A program made the translations under genes and the position numbers. The notes below the pieces were generated by a model. It was not told the DNA's origin and ran no database searches. It worked only from the letters and a program-made list of their open reading frames with translations. Below are positions 41,501 through 61,675 of a stretch of 64,000 bases of DNA, piece after piece (position 1 is the first letter of the stretch; each line of letters starts with the position of its first letter). This stretch comes from Trichoplax adhaerens (taxonomy: Eukaryota; Animalia; Placozoa). Where the stretch lies: the NCBI RefSeq assembly GCF_000150275.1, contig NW_002060943.1, positions 367,077-431,076 of the forward strand, written 5' to 3'.

Positions 41501-43686
41501 CCAATATGTTTTCAGAAGAACAGATTAAAACAATTTTTGGAAATTTAGAAAATCTATTTATATTACAGAAAGATTTTCTAAAAGATTTAGAAATTTCAGT
41601 TTTAAAGAATGACAACATATCATCGCGTATTGGCAAATGTTTTTTAGATTACGTAAGTTGTTAGCTGTTAGTGTGTAGGCTAATTAAATGATTGTGATTT
41701 ATTGACTAAATTAAATCACTTCGAGTGTATCCTATAGATGATATCAATCTACTTAAAGGTTTGCTAAATATAAATTTAAAATTTTTTTATGACAGGGTGA
41801 TCGTTTTGGTATTTATACTGAATATTGTGGAAATCATCCTAATGCCTGTGCTGAAATACGACGATTGTGCACTAATTTGAAATATCAGCGATTTTTTGAG
41901 GTAATATAAGAATGGCATGTTCTTTAATTGAATTGCAATTACAATTTAGCTGGTTAAACTTTCACGTGTCTCTTGTAGCCATTGTAATTTTTTTAAGACC
42001 ATAGTTCTTGAACTATTTTCACGATGAAATACAAATGAAGACACTGGTATATCAATAAATCGTTCAGAAATAAGCCTAATCATTTATCTGCAATCTATTA
42101 TAATTTTAGTTGTGTTGCAAACTGCATCCACTTGGTACATTGGGTATGGATGGATTTTTAGTTATGCCAGTCCAGCGTATTTGTAAATATCACCTACAGC
42201 TAGCAGTAAGTGATCATAAGTGTAAATGCGTATTGTATAAATTAATTGCCTTGATCGCCCACTACAGTCTAGCAGTGGATGATTTTATAATTATTTAGCT
42301 AAGAGAAATGGTAGATTTAAATTATTTTATCTTCATGGTATCTTTTCATGTAGGAACTACTTAAGCATACATCGCCAACTAGTAGCGAGTATAGTATAGT
42401 AAAGGCTGCTCACCAACGTATGAAAGGTGTAGCTAGTAAAATAAATGAACAGAAAAGATTAATTGAAAATATTGCGCAAATCGCAAACTGGCAGAAGTCG
42501 ATCGAAGCATGGGAGGTTAGTTTTTAAAAGCTTAATCTTATATTGTCAATATCTGGTTACCAATGAAAATTGCACAAGCTTGATTGAATTTTTTACTTTT
42601 TACGTACGCTCTAGGGTGATAATGTGGCTATGAAAAGTATCAAATTGATATATAGCGGACCTGTGCGTTTATTGTCGAAAGGCAAAGTGAAAGATCGTAT
42701 GTTTTTCTTATTCGACCGTCAATTAATTTGCTGTAAAAAGGTAAATCATACAACAAGTATTACTCTCAAATAGATTGAAATTTGCGACAAGAGTTGTTTC
42801 CTTGTAGATTAAATTGTTCGAATGTAAAAGTATATTCAACGTTAATGGTATTTGTTTGTGTACTTAGGATGGTGGAGGATTAACAAAAGGTAATTTAGTA
42901 TATAAAGGACGCTACGATCTAGAAGAATATGATATTATTCCACTGGAAACTTTTGAAGGTAATATTTAAATAACAATTTAATTATTTTATAGACATTAAA
43001 GGTTTTGATTGTGATTTTCTGAATGCTGTTTCCTTAATCATATGAATAGAGGAAATATTGGAAAGTGAGGGTTGGAAAGTACGCTGTAAAGATGATGTAT
43101 TTATATATGGAACAGCTACTGTAGAAAGAAAGAAAGAATGGGGTGATGCTTTTATTCGAGAACGTGAAGAAGTTGAAAGTATGGAAGGTAACAAAATAGT
43201 GTTGAATGTACTGTTATAAAATTCATTATGATATTATTATTGACTTTTTAACTTTTATATAGATTTGGAAATTCCTGAAGATATACGACGAGCTTTAATT
43301 ATAGCATCGACAAAAACAGAAAAGAAGAAACCGCTTTGTAAGTAGAATGTAATATTTAAAGTTTTAATCTTTCCCCATTTCTTGTTTTACTTTACTTTCG
43401 AGCCTTTTAGGATAATTTCGATTGATAAATACCGCGTATATCCTAATTTTTGTTCTCTTTGTCGTGTTATCTCATAGCAACAAGATTAAAGTTATCACGT
43501 ACAAATACAGAGCGTATATTAAGGGATTTTAATGATGATAATGAAGTTTTCACGAGGCAGCGTTTAAATACAATATCAGGGCCTGTTATCGATATAAGAT
43601 CAAAAGCAATGCAAAATAAGAAAGCTGGCCGATGGACTAAATTTGCTTTCCTTAATCGTAAGAAAAAATCAGAAGAAAACGATTAA
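32599..43686 (+). CDS. SH3-DH-PH Rho guanine nucleotide exchange factor (Asef/ARHGEF4, SPATA13, collybistin/ARHGEF9 family) with long disordered N-terminus
   Basis: Exon 32599-35259 ends ATG|GTAAGT and joins in phase 0 to an SH3 exon at 40515 ([19 protein letters not shown]...DEDWWYG...GWFPSSFVR). DH motifs [10 protein letters not shown] and [20 protein letters not shown]; PH motif [15 protein letters not shown]; stop at 43686. The link between the large exon and the GEF core rests on phase compatibility. Confidence 0.85.
38740..39180. repeat. Degenerate tandem repeat (3 copies, ~170-210 bp) in the RhoGEF intron
   Basis: AGTGATTTATGT(T/C)AAGT occurs at ~38778, ~38948 and ~39157. ACTAATCAT...GATGATATCTT occurs twice. 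Confidence 0.75.
39960..40345. repeat. Degenerate tandem repeat (3 copies) in the RhoGEF intron
   Basis: TTTT(C/T)ACATTTAAT...TTAC..AGTCTA occurs at ~39984, ~40171 and ~40291. Confidence 0.65.
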
Positions 43687-44931
43687 TGTTGACCTAACTA
43701 TTGAGATGGTGATCAAGATTGGAAAATGATGTTGATTCAATGGAATCGCCCATTGGTGCGTCTGTTTATAAATTTTTGAAATGGATCATTCGAGTGATTT
43801 CCATTTTATAAACTGCAAGAGTAAAATTACTGGGGATCTCATTATATCTACTAATTTGATTTCTAAATTGTTGTACTTGCTTAGTTATATATAACATAAT
43901 GTATCATCTATTTACTATTGAACAGGGTATAATATTGAATTATTTGTAGAGTTTTGAATCAGTTTTTGTATATTATCCACATATGATAAGTCAAATATTG
44001 ATATAAAGAGATGATACTATGGCACTGGTTTACTACAATAATATCGCTACTTGCATTTTATATTTTGTATATAGAATATATATATATATAGTGTTGCTAT
44101 ACATCAGAGTAAACAATGAGGATAAGATTGGCTAATCGGCATCCACTAGCAGTACCAGCATGTACATTTAAATTGATGAAAAGCTTCTTTTTAAGTCATT
44201 AATTAGATTGAGATGATAAGAATTTTATCTTCTTTTTTAGTTGATTACTTCAGTCTTATTTTTAAAGTCTCATAAATTGAATGATAATTATTCCTGTGTA
44301 TACTCTTTCCCTTCACAAGAACTGATGCTGTTTTTGCCTGTAGTTTTATTGATCGAAAGACTCAAGGATTGATAGATTATCTTACATTGTTTTCAATTAT
44401 TGCAACTGACGTAAACGATGATTTAAACGAAATTCTATAACAGAAAACCATAAAAATATTGTGGAACTATTCAATGTTGTTATCATATTGTCATGATGTT
44501 TTATTAACTTTGCTCTCTCTCTCTCTCTATATATATACACTTTTCTCTCGTTGAAATGACATGGATGGAAATTATTCAATTTCAGACATTTCATGCGTAG
44601 ATTTTATTGTAACTAGAAAACATTGTACGTTATTGCAATTTGACACTGATATTATATAGCAAGACGAAAAATTGTTATCAAAATTGAATAAAAAGTCATT
44701 TATTACACACTTACTCTCGGATGACGATTATTCGAATGTAAAGCCCTCTCTCGCTAATATACTGTAGAGGAGGAGATACCGTATCATTTGACCTTGCAAA
44801 AGGAACAATTTGGCCATTTGCCTATCATCATAGGAAGGCGTCGGCAATGGCAATATTCATGCAAGATGAAGGCATACTAATTGCATGTTTTCGATGGGAG
44901 TTATTTTGACGAATGTCGGTGCGAGGATAAG

Positions 44932-45362
44932 CTTCTAGGTAATACTTTGACTGATGAGATGATTGCCCTTGTAGATTATGTGGTTGCACACCGTACAGTA
45001 CCGTAGTAATAAGGAAAGTGAATCGTTAATCTCATATTGCAATTCCTTACTTCTAGGTAATACTAGACTGATGAGGTAATTGCCTTTGTGGATTATGTGG
45101 TTGTGCAGTACTGTAGGAATAAGGAAAGTGAATTGTTAATCTCATATTGCAATCCCTTACTTCTAGGTAATACTAGACTGATGAGGTAATTGCCTTTGTG
45201 GATTATGTGGAAAGTGAATCGTTAATCTCATATTATAATTCCTTACTTCTAGGTAATACTAGACTGATGAGGTGATTGCGCTTGTAGATTATGTGGTTGC
45301 ACACCGTACAGTACCGTAGCAATAAGGAAAGTGAATCGTTAATCTCATATTATAATTCCCTA
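44932..45362. repeat. Tandem array of 4 units (86-118 bp)
   Basis: CTTCTAGGTAATACT...GACTGATGAG...GATTATGTGG...GGAAAGTGAAT.GTTAATCTCATATT units start at ~44932, 45050, 45160 and 45246. Confidence 0.92.
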
Positions 45363-46173
45363 TTTAGGATTAACTCAACTACGAATATTATTTTTGATTA
45401 AAACTAAATCGAACCAAACGTTATCATTCGCCACTAGTCTCCGAACTTACTGTAATTCCTAACCCTAAAGGCGATTACAAGTCAATCTGGAAGTTTTTGA
45501 CAATCCTAGCAATTTTAGGACTGTGCAACCTCGGGTATTGGCCATATCATAATCGATCTCTATACGAGTATATCGAATGATTGAATACCAATTATTCAGT
45601 TATGAATTGATCAACAGTAAAAGGATATGGAATCGCTACGATCTGATGATCTATTCTGCAGTAATTGTTTTGTATGGTTTGTATGAGTACGAAGACAGTG
45701 GAATGGCGCAGACTTGTCTCGTTGATAGGATCAACTTGTTCCAAGTATTCTTCTTCAGTTCATAGTAGGGCTGCAAGAAGTGAAGAGGAAATAAGCTTTC
45801 CTTCTTTTCCCTTGTTCGGAGCTCAGAAAAACTTTCACTCCATGGAGGTAAAGGGAAATCTTGATTCTTAGCTCAGCACTTAGAAGTAATAATTACTATG
45901 TACTTTGCAGGGGTGTTTATTTTCTTATCAGACGTAGAAAAAGGGAAAAAATATTACTGAAACTAAGGTAAAGTGGCCATATTTAACACCATTACGTAGC
46001 TAGAGAGCTGAACTTTTTATACAAGTTGATCGAATTATGCTATTCGTCATGTCCATTATAAAATATCAGTTGAAAGACGAAATGTGCTACAGAACAGTGG
46101 AAGCTCTTAGTAATAATAATAATTGATCAAGAACTTTGCCATCCAAGAGTTGGAAACGAAAATAAAACATAGC

Positions 46174-46440
46174 GGTACAGTGTACAGTGTACAACATACA
46201 GTATATTGTACAATGTACTGTGCGGTATTGTACTGTACGGTTCAGTACAACACAGTGTATTCGTCTTAACCCTAACCCTACTAATGGACTGTACATGTGA
46301 GCACCATGTGAATACTGTACTGTACTATACTGTACACTTGCCATCCAGTACAGTACTAATACATAGTGTTTTCCAGCTGTCCGTACCAGTACCTCATCGA
46401 CTGTGAGAGAAACGGACTTTCATGCCGGGCGAGACCGAGG
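46174..46440 (+). promoter_or_regulatory. RagA promoter and probable non-coding first exon
   Basis: TACAGT/ACTGTA cluster at 46174-46390, followed by a strong donor (G|GTAAGT) at ~46440 and an acceptor TTTTAG at ~46746 upstream of the ATG. Confidence 0.5.
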
Positions 46441-46790
46441 TAAGTCAATGGATTGCATGATTATCCATCATTTTATTGCTCGATAGAGGCATCAATTTGA
46501 TCGATGGACGGGTAGACTAGTCCAATTGATGGTCTACTCTGTCTGGTTAATATGTCGGCCAACTAAAGTAGCCTTTTCTTAGCATAATTATGCGTTGATG
46601 GATCAATATCGATCGACATCAATTTTATCTTGATGATGATGATGATGATGAAATAATTCATCAACTTGTTGTCAATCTTTGCTAGTCAAGAGCGACAAGT
46701 TGGACTGTTGCAATGCAATTTAATGGATATTATAAATCATTTTTAGGTCATCAATCAACATTTTACACCGATTAATAAAGTCAAGCTATC

Positions 46791-50205
<3,415 letters not shown>

Positions 50206-51097
50206 TTTCTTATCATTCGAAAATGAAATTAATACAGCAATCTGTGTTTTTTTTCTTCTTCGATGACCGATGTCTTGTCTTATAGTGTGTTTGTGCACAG
50301 ATATGGATATCGAGGCTCTCTCTTAATGACGCTAGCATCATTAATTAAAGTATCACAATCATGAATAAGATTGGCACTTGTAGTGATTTCTACCTTATTA
50401 CTTCGCCATCGTGTGAACTAAAAGAGAAATCTGAAATTCTACGATTATAATTATAATTACTAATAGTATGGCAGTAATTTCACTATGATTCTGTTGCACG
50501 CAAAAGGTAAACGTCAAATCGATGGTTTTAAATCCTTAAAATTTAATTCGGTATTAAAATTTGTATAATTGTAGGACTAAGGTTATAGTGTAATTATTAA
50601 TTGATGATGTTGTTGTAATCGTAGTTAAAACCATGACTCTGAATTTAAGTAAAAATGTGTACTTTTTATTTAACTAGTCATGAGATAAATTCAACAGTCG
50701 AGAAGGGTTTTTATTTTGTACAAATTTGATATTTCGTAAAATAAAACATTAATAAGGTGTTTACTTGTTTATTTTGAAATATTAACACCGCTGCTGAGTT
50801 TATTATTAACATGTACCAGCAGCGCAACTGTGAAAGTAATACACTGTAGACGACCGAGGTCACACCAAAAGTGCCAAAAATGTTATGTTGAATCCAAGAA
50901 AAACGTACAACGACGATGTTAGATCGATACGGAAAATAGTATAACACTAGATAATAAGTAATCAGTAGCCCAGGCTTGGATTTTCCAGCAGACAATCTCA
51001 TGAAAGATAGAAGGTGCTATTCTGACAAATGTCCATAGATTAATAAGTAATATAATCGTAACAAATGACTTAAACGGATACGCTCACTCGATTCTAG

Positions 51098-54093
51098 TTA
51101 GACTACAGTTGACTTTAACCGTGAAGCGATTTTTGGCTTTGCATATTCAACAAATTCGTCAATAACCACCGGCCAGGCACCTACAGTAGAGTGAAATTGG
51201 TATTGATAACAAATTTAAATACGGCACCATAAGGAGCTAGAGAAAATTTTTACATTACCGTCTTCATCATAATTTGATAAGTCTTCTTTAATTGTTAGAA
51301 CAAAATCAAGTAATAAATTCCACGTATCCTTCGGTATTGAGCGCTTATAATGTTCCTGTCAATAGCAAATATACAGTAATTTTACACACATAATGGAGGT
51401 AATGCTGCATTTTACCTACATGCTTTAACTATATCCTAAAATTGCATTAAACAAACTTTGTTACAATAACGTAAATGAAATATAAATGTAATATTTTGGA
51501 TATAGCTTTCCTAGACATACCGGTCAATCATTAGTATTAAGAAATTTTTGATGTCATACAATACCTTTAAAAAGTCACACCATAGGTCAAGAGCTTTAAA
51601 TCTCTCCTTTAAAATTAAATTCCAATACGCAATTGCTGTATTTAATTCTAAGAAACAAGATTAGGAAAGTATTGATTTATTGCAGTTTGAATTTGCTATT
51701 TGTATTAATATGGTATGAAAAACTTGGGATGAAAATCTCGCTGTAGTAGCAGCGAAATAACTTAATAAATGTGTATTTAAGATTTTTTCAGTCTTACTAT
51801 ACGGTCGTATGGTAATCAAAGATCCAATGGATGTGTAAAATTTAACCTCAATACTGTTGTATTACCACTTGTAGCTGATATAAAATATACTTTTACAGAC
51901 TAGTAGGTTTACTCGTATATAGGCAAAACACGGTAAGAGTTGTCTAGATGGTCAATCAGCAGTTTCCCATCGGCAAAGGTTTGTGAAAAAAGAAAGAGTA
52001 ACGTGTAATAGCATGGTACAAATTACTATAATGTACACTGTACCATACAGGCATAGACTACTAGACGATTATCTAGGTTTTCTTTTAGTAGGCTGTGACC
52101 TTACAGTGTACATTGTACAGCTTAGGGAATACGCACACTATTGCCCTATATATATAATCTATTGCTACTTTAGGCAAACCAAGAACCTACTTTCTAACGA
52201 CAATAACCACTTCATATGGCTACCTACATTCACTATTTTTACCACGACACTATCCTAAATTATAGCAAAACAAATAAAAATAATGGACGTAATACTCAAC
52301 TTGACGTAGTCTATCATGCACAACTCATATCTGTATACGCTTGGTAAGTATGATGTTGATTTTAATCATCGGGATTCTATGCGTATAAAATGTCTTAGTA
52401 AATGCTTATTAATTGTGAGCATACCCATTCCTCGCTGTTGCGGATTCTTACCAAAACCAAATGTAAATTGATAAAATTCCTTAAATTTTACTGAATCTTG
52501 TATTTCAGCTTCTAAATTATTAATTTGATTTTTCAATTTTTCAATAGAATCACATCTATGAGTAGATAGAAAAGAGATGTTAGGAAATATAAATTGAATG
52601 AACCAAGTTTAAATCAGATTCAACAATATGTAGTACAGACAGTATCTATTATGTATAAGGTATAAAAACTTCTTTAGTTCAGTTGCATATTACAATTTAG
52701 TTGCCTTTGCATTATTGGACTTTTGGCTTGATAAATTGTATTTATTGATGAGTCTTGGAAAAGTTAAAGTAGCGCTTACAATAATGTACCAGAAGTATCT
52801 GGTTCATGGCTTGGTATGTGTAAAAACTCTCAATTTGTTACAGATATAACTAACTATAGCATAATCTGCAGTAGATTTAGGTACTTACTATAATATATTT
52901 ATAAGTGGATAGTAGGTACAGATTAATTGCTAAACGATCGAATCCCAGGCTGTATATAATATAATTTTAAGGTAGCTCGATGACTTACGTACTATAAGTG
53001 TATTATCATAAGTACCGTTTTTAGTTCAATAATTCTACTACTTGTTCATTCGGATGAATTATCATCATGTTTTTTGTCACTACGTTAATTTTAGCTTTTA
53101 CTCGATATGTTCAAGAAGGGATATTCTACACCATGTAGGTGATGGTTATTTACGTACACCATAGCTAATACTGAATGCATGGATAAATTGTCCATTGACA
53201 CGATAGCAACAACATGGCAAAGAGTAGTTTATGATTTGTTACAATACGGCAATCCGTATACGTTATCATGATATGCTATTGAATTCGTTTCATTCATTCG
53301 TTGATTGGAATCAATATACTACGTACTGTAGACTAATCGGGCAAGCACTGAAAAGGTAGTGGTAAGTATGAGTAAAACTATCACAATCGATATTCATTTT
53401 TATTTTATGCGATCTAAGGATAGTTAAGTAATGACTGTATTGAGTAAAGAGATTGTAGAATATTGTTTAAGATTGTTGTAATTTATCGTAATCGATGAGA
53501 GGATAAGAGGAAGAATCCAAGCTAATGTAGGCATTTTGTTAGAATAACAGATATGTACAGACCCTAATTCAGTCATTCCAGTCATAAATTCCCTCTTGGT
53601 AAAGATACATTGAGTTTGAGCTTTAAATTTCCATGCAATAAGTAAGACAGGCTGACCAACAGGATCGAGTTGTAAGTCCTCACAAAATCGAAAGATACCA
53701 TCTTCTAAAATTTTATCTTCTTCATTAGGATCTTTATAACGATCAAAAATGGTACCTAGGCGTTTTTGATCGATTGCTGCTGATCTTCTGGTTGAGGAAT
53801 ATTTGTCAGGATATTGATAATAATCATCGATGGCAGCTTCTAATTTCCAATCATGTGCTGATAGGCAATGAATTGCAGCTTTTTCAGTAGTTTGCGTCAA
53901 TGAGATAAATTGACGTATTTTCTCGCGTTGAGATGACTTTAATCGATACTAATGGTGTTAGAAAAATGCATGATGACAAGTAGACTCTACATCAATTTAT
54001 TTTATCTATTCAATTTCATTATGACGACAACTGATAAGCAATGTTTTAATCTATCTAATCTAATTTATAGATTCTTCCTTGGCACTCTACCAT
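51098..54093 (-). CDS. DCUN1D1: DCN1-like NEDD8 E3 (UBA-like plus PONY domain), 6 exons
   Basis: The first coding exon is ATG only (54093-54091, donor GTAGAG; inferred). Then [14 protein letters not shown]..., [64 protein letters not shown]. Stop at 51100-51098. Confidence 0.93.
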
Positions 54094-54329
54094 TTGTATT
54101 TTGATTTCTCCTTTGCGATCTGTAATTTTCGTCGGCTCATTCGTACTGCAAGGGAAAGTAGCAGCTCCAACTGCATCCACCGGTGCACCTAATGGCGTAA
54201 CTAAGCTAACTGGCTGCGGTCAAGAAGATTAGTCAGCTTGCTAGCCTGAGAGTAGTGGACATGACGGTCTTTTCGATCTATAGTAAATTATAGTTTATTC
54301 TGACTGAATTGCGTAGGCAACTGTTGCCT

Positions 54330-55960
54330 TTCTACAGTGCACTCCCTACAGTACAGTATTGTCGTTTTACAGTACAATGGTGGTATGCACTGTAAGGGTC
54401 TGTCGCTGCAAGCGGCTAACCCAATGGGCACTTTGAGCTTATGGTCGCACTTTTACTGTCGATACAGCTATGGACGATCAAGAAAGCGAGGCTGATAATG
54501 ATGAATAAAACATGATTGATAAGTGTACATGTTCTGTAAGAGAGACAACTCTTTTCTGAGTGCCTGAAAGCAGCATGAAGATCTAGGAAAAGTATGGATT
54601 TTCTGCTACGTTTTTGGACCAAGTTCTCGACGTTTGTGAACCCCATGACGGAGTCGATCTTGACTACAGCTGTATCGCCTAATCTAGTAGTCTATGCAGT
54701 CATGACTAAACCACAGACTTTGACAAGAAATTAGTCGCTTATTGAGTGCTTAACAGAACCCATACTGTGTAGTATGGACTATTCACTTGAAAAAAAGATC
54801 ATTTTTAATTGGTAGTTCATGGCTGTAGCAATGATGGAGATAGAAGGATTTTTCCTTCTATCTCCATGGTAGCTGGGTCTCACTTGAGGCGAGTCGGTAC
54901 AGTACACTGTACTGTAATCCAGTGCTGGGACTGTAAAACCGATGGATCGTACTGTAGCCTACAGTGTACAGTCCATACACTAGAAACGCAGTCCTGTACT
55001 GTACGGTACTGACACTGGTACTGTACCAGTAACCACCCATACATGTCTGAACTACTATAGGTACAGTATGCGTGTCGCGGTTGTGGATGGTGAAGCGACT
55101 GACATTTTCTCCTTCTGTACCGTATGACGCGCGTACTGTCGCTGATCCCATATTGAGTCTGCGTTGAAGTTGGATGTCAGACTCAGAGCGGAACCTTGCA
55201 CTAGTGAAATCGTTCTGGATGTCGGCCTTTCAAAATGGATGAAAATCATTCTAAACAATTGCCATGGGGCCTTAAACAGACTGATTTAGCCCCCAATTCT
55301 TTAGAGGTAACGTTCAATTGATTCTATGTTATAAAATTATTCAAGAAATAGAGCTAAAAAACATCCTTGGACCACAATATTGCATTGAGTTATGACCATT
55401 GCAGCTCAAGAAAATGCCAAAGCGATTGGTGGACTACCGGAGGCAAGCTAGTGCAGTGATATCCTAAATTATCCTCAGTACATTGAATGTTGAATGATCT
55501 TTCTTTTCCTTGTAGTGGGGGGGGGGGGAAATCAATCACTTCATCTCGTCGATATAGGCTAAAACGATTAGTAGTTGAATCGATACAGCCTAGCATTGCT
55601 TCTACCGTTTACCTGTGTAGTATAGTACAGTAGAAATCGAGAAGCAGTTATTCGACAGTCACATTTTGCATGTTGGACACTACTGACTAGGGTACAGTAG
55701 TTTGGACTATGATTGCACAACACTAGTGCTAAAATTGAAAAGTCCACCTTTCAATGGCTACCAATCACTAACCCCACTTTCCGAATTTCGACCAGGACAC
55801 AATCGACTCACAAGGAAAAGCAATTCTATCGACTACTGCTTATTTCAGTAATGTTCATGTCCATGATTTACAGTATGGAACGAATAGAAGCACATAATGT
55901 CGACACGTCTCGTCATAGATTACAGTACTCGATCGATGCAGTAGTCCATGGTATACAGTA
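54330..55960. promoter_or_regulatory. Divergent promoter region between DCN1 and U2SURP
   Basis: Head-to-head interval with higher GC than the flanking introns. TACAGTA/TACTGTA clusters at ~54330-54395, 54895-55140 and 55615-55700. Confidence 0.5.
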
Positions 55961-56172
55961 GTAAATGAATAAATGATATCAATCTTACTTGCTGATAATT
56001 TCCTAACATTCATCACCATTTGCTAATGAAAGGAAAAATCCATAGCATACGACGTATTAGGATATTGCCGCTAATTGAATCATCAAAATGATACTATGTC
56101 ATGCTTGTATACTTGGAGAGTGGTTTCATCTTTTGTAGGTTGTAACATTTCTTCTCTTGGCTATTGTAGAAA

Positions 56173-61461
<5,289 letters not shown>

Positions 61462-61606
61462 TACAATTCCCCATAACTGTATTGTATATAAGGAATGATG
61501 TAATTGTACTATTCACCGTGGATGTGCTGTTAAAGAACTGTTCATAAACTGGTTAAAACTGATGATCGTTTTAGATATATCAATGTTTTCATTCTGTATT
61601 AAAATT

Positions 61607-61620
61607 AATAAAATTTTATT
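61607..61620. terminator. Palindromic poly(A) signal pair AATAAAATTTTATT between convergent U2SURP and eIF2A
   Basis: A perfect 14-bp palindrome gives AATAAA on both strands within the ~215-nt gap between the two stop codons. Confidence 0.55.
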
Positions 61621-61675
61621 ATCTTCATTCGATTCAATTTATGAAAACTGTTGAATGATATCAATAGAAGATAAT

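Noticed and set aside
44950-45330. CTGATGA repeated in each tandem unit, suggesting hammerhead ribozymes or box C/D snoRNAs
   Set aside because: No GAAA directly follows a stem II, no convincing stems I or III were found, and there is no terminal C/D stem arrangement.
45650-45875. Stop-free minus-strand frame of about 73 codons (DFPLPPWSESF...)
   Set aside because: No start codon or convincing upstream exon, and no recognisable homology.
46266-46280. Telomere-like TAACCCTAACCCTA in the RagA promoter
   Set aside because: Only about two units, compatible with chance.
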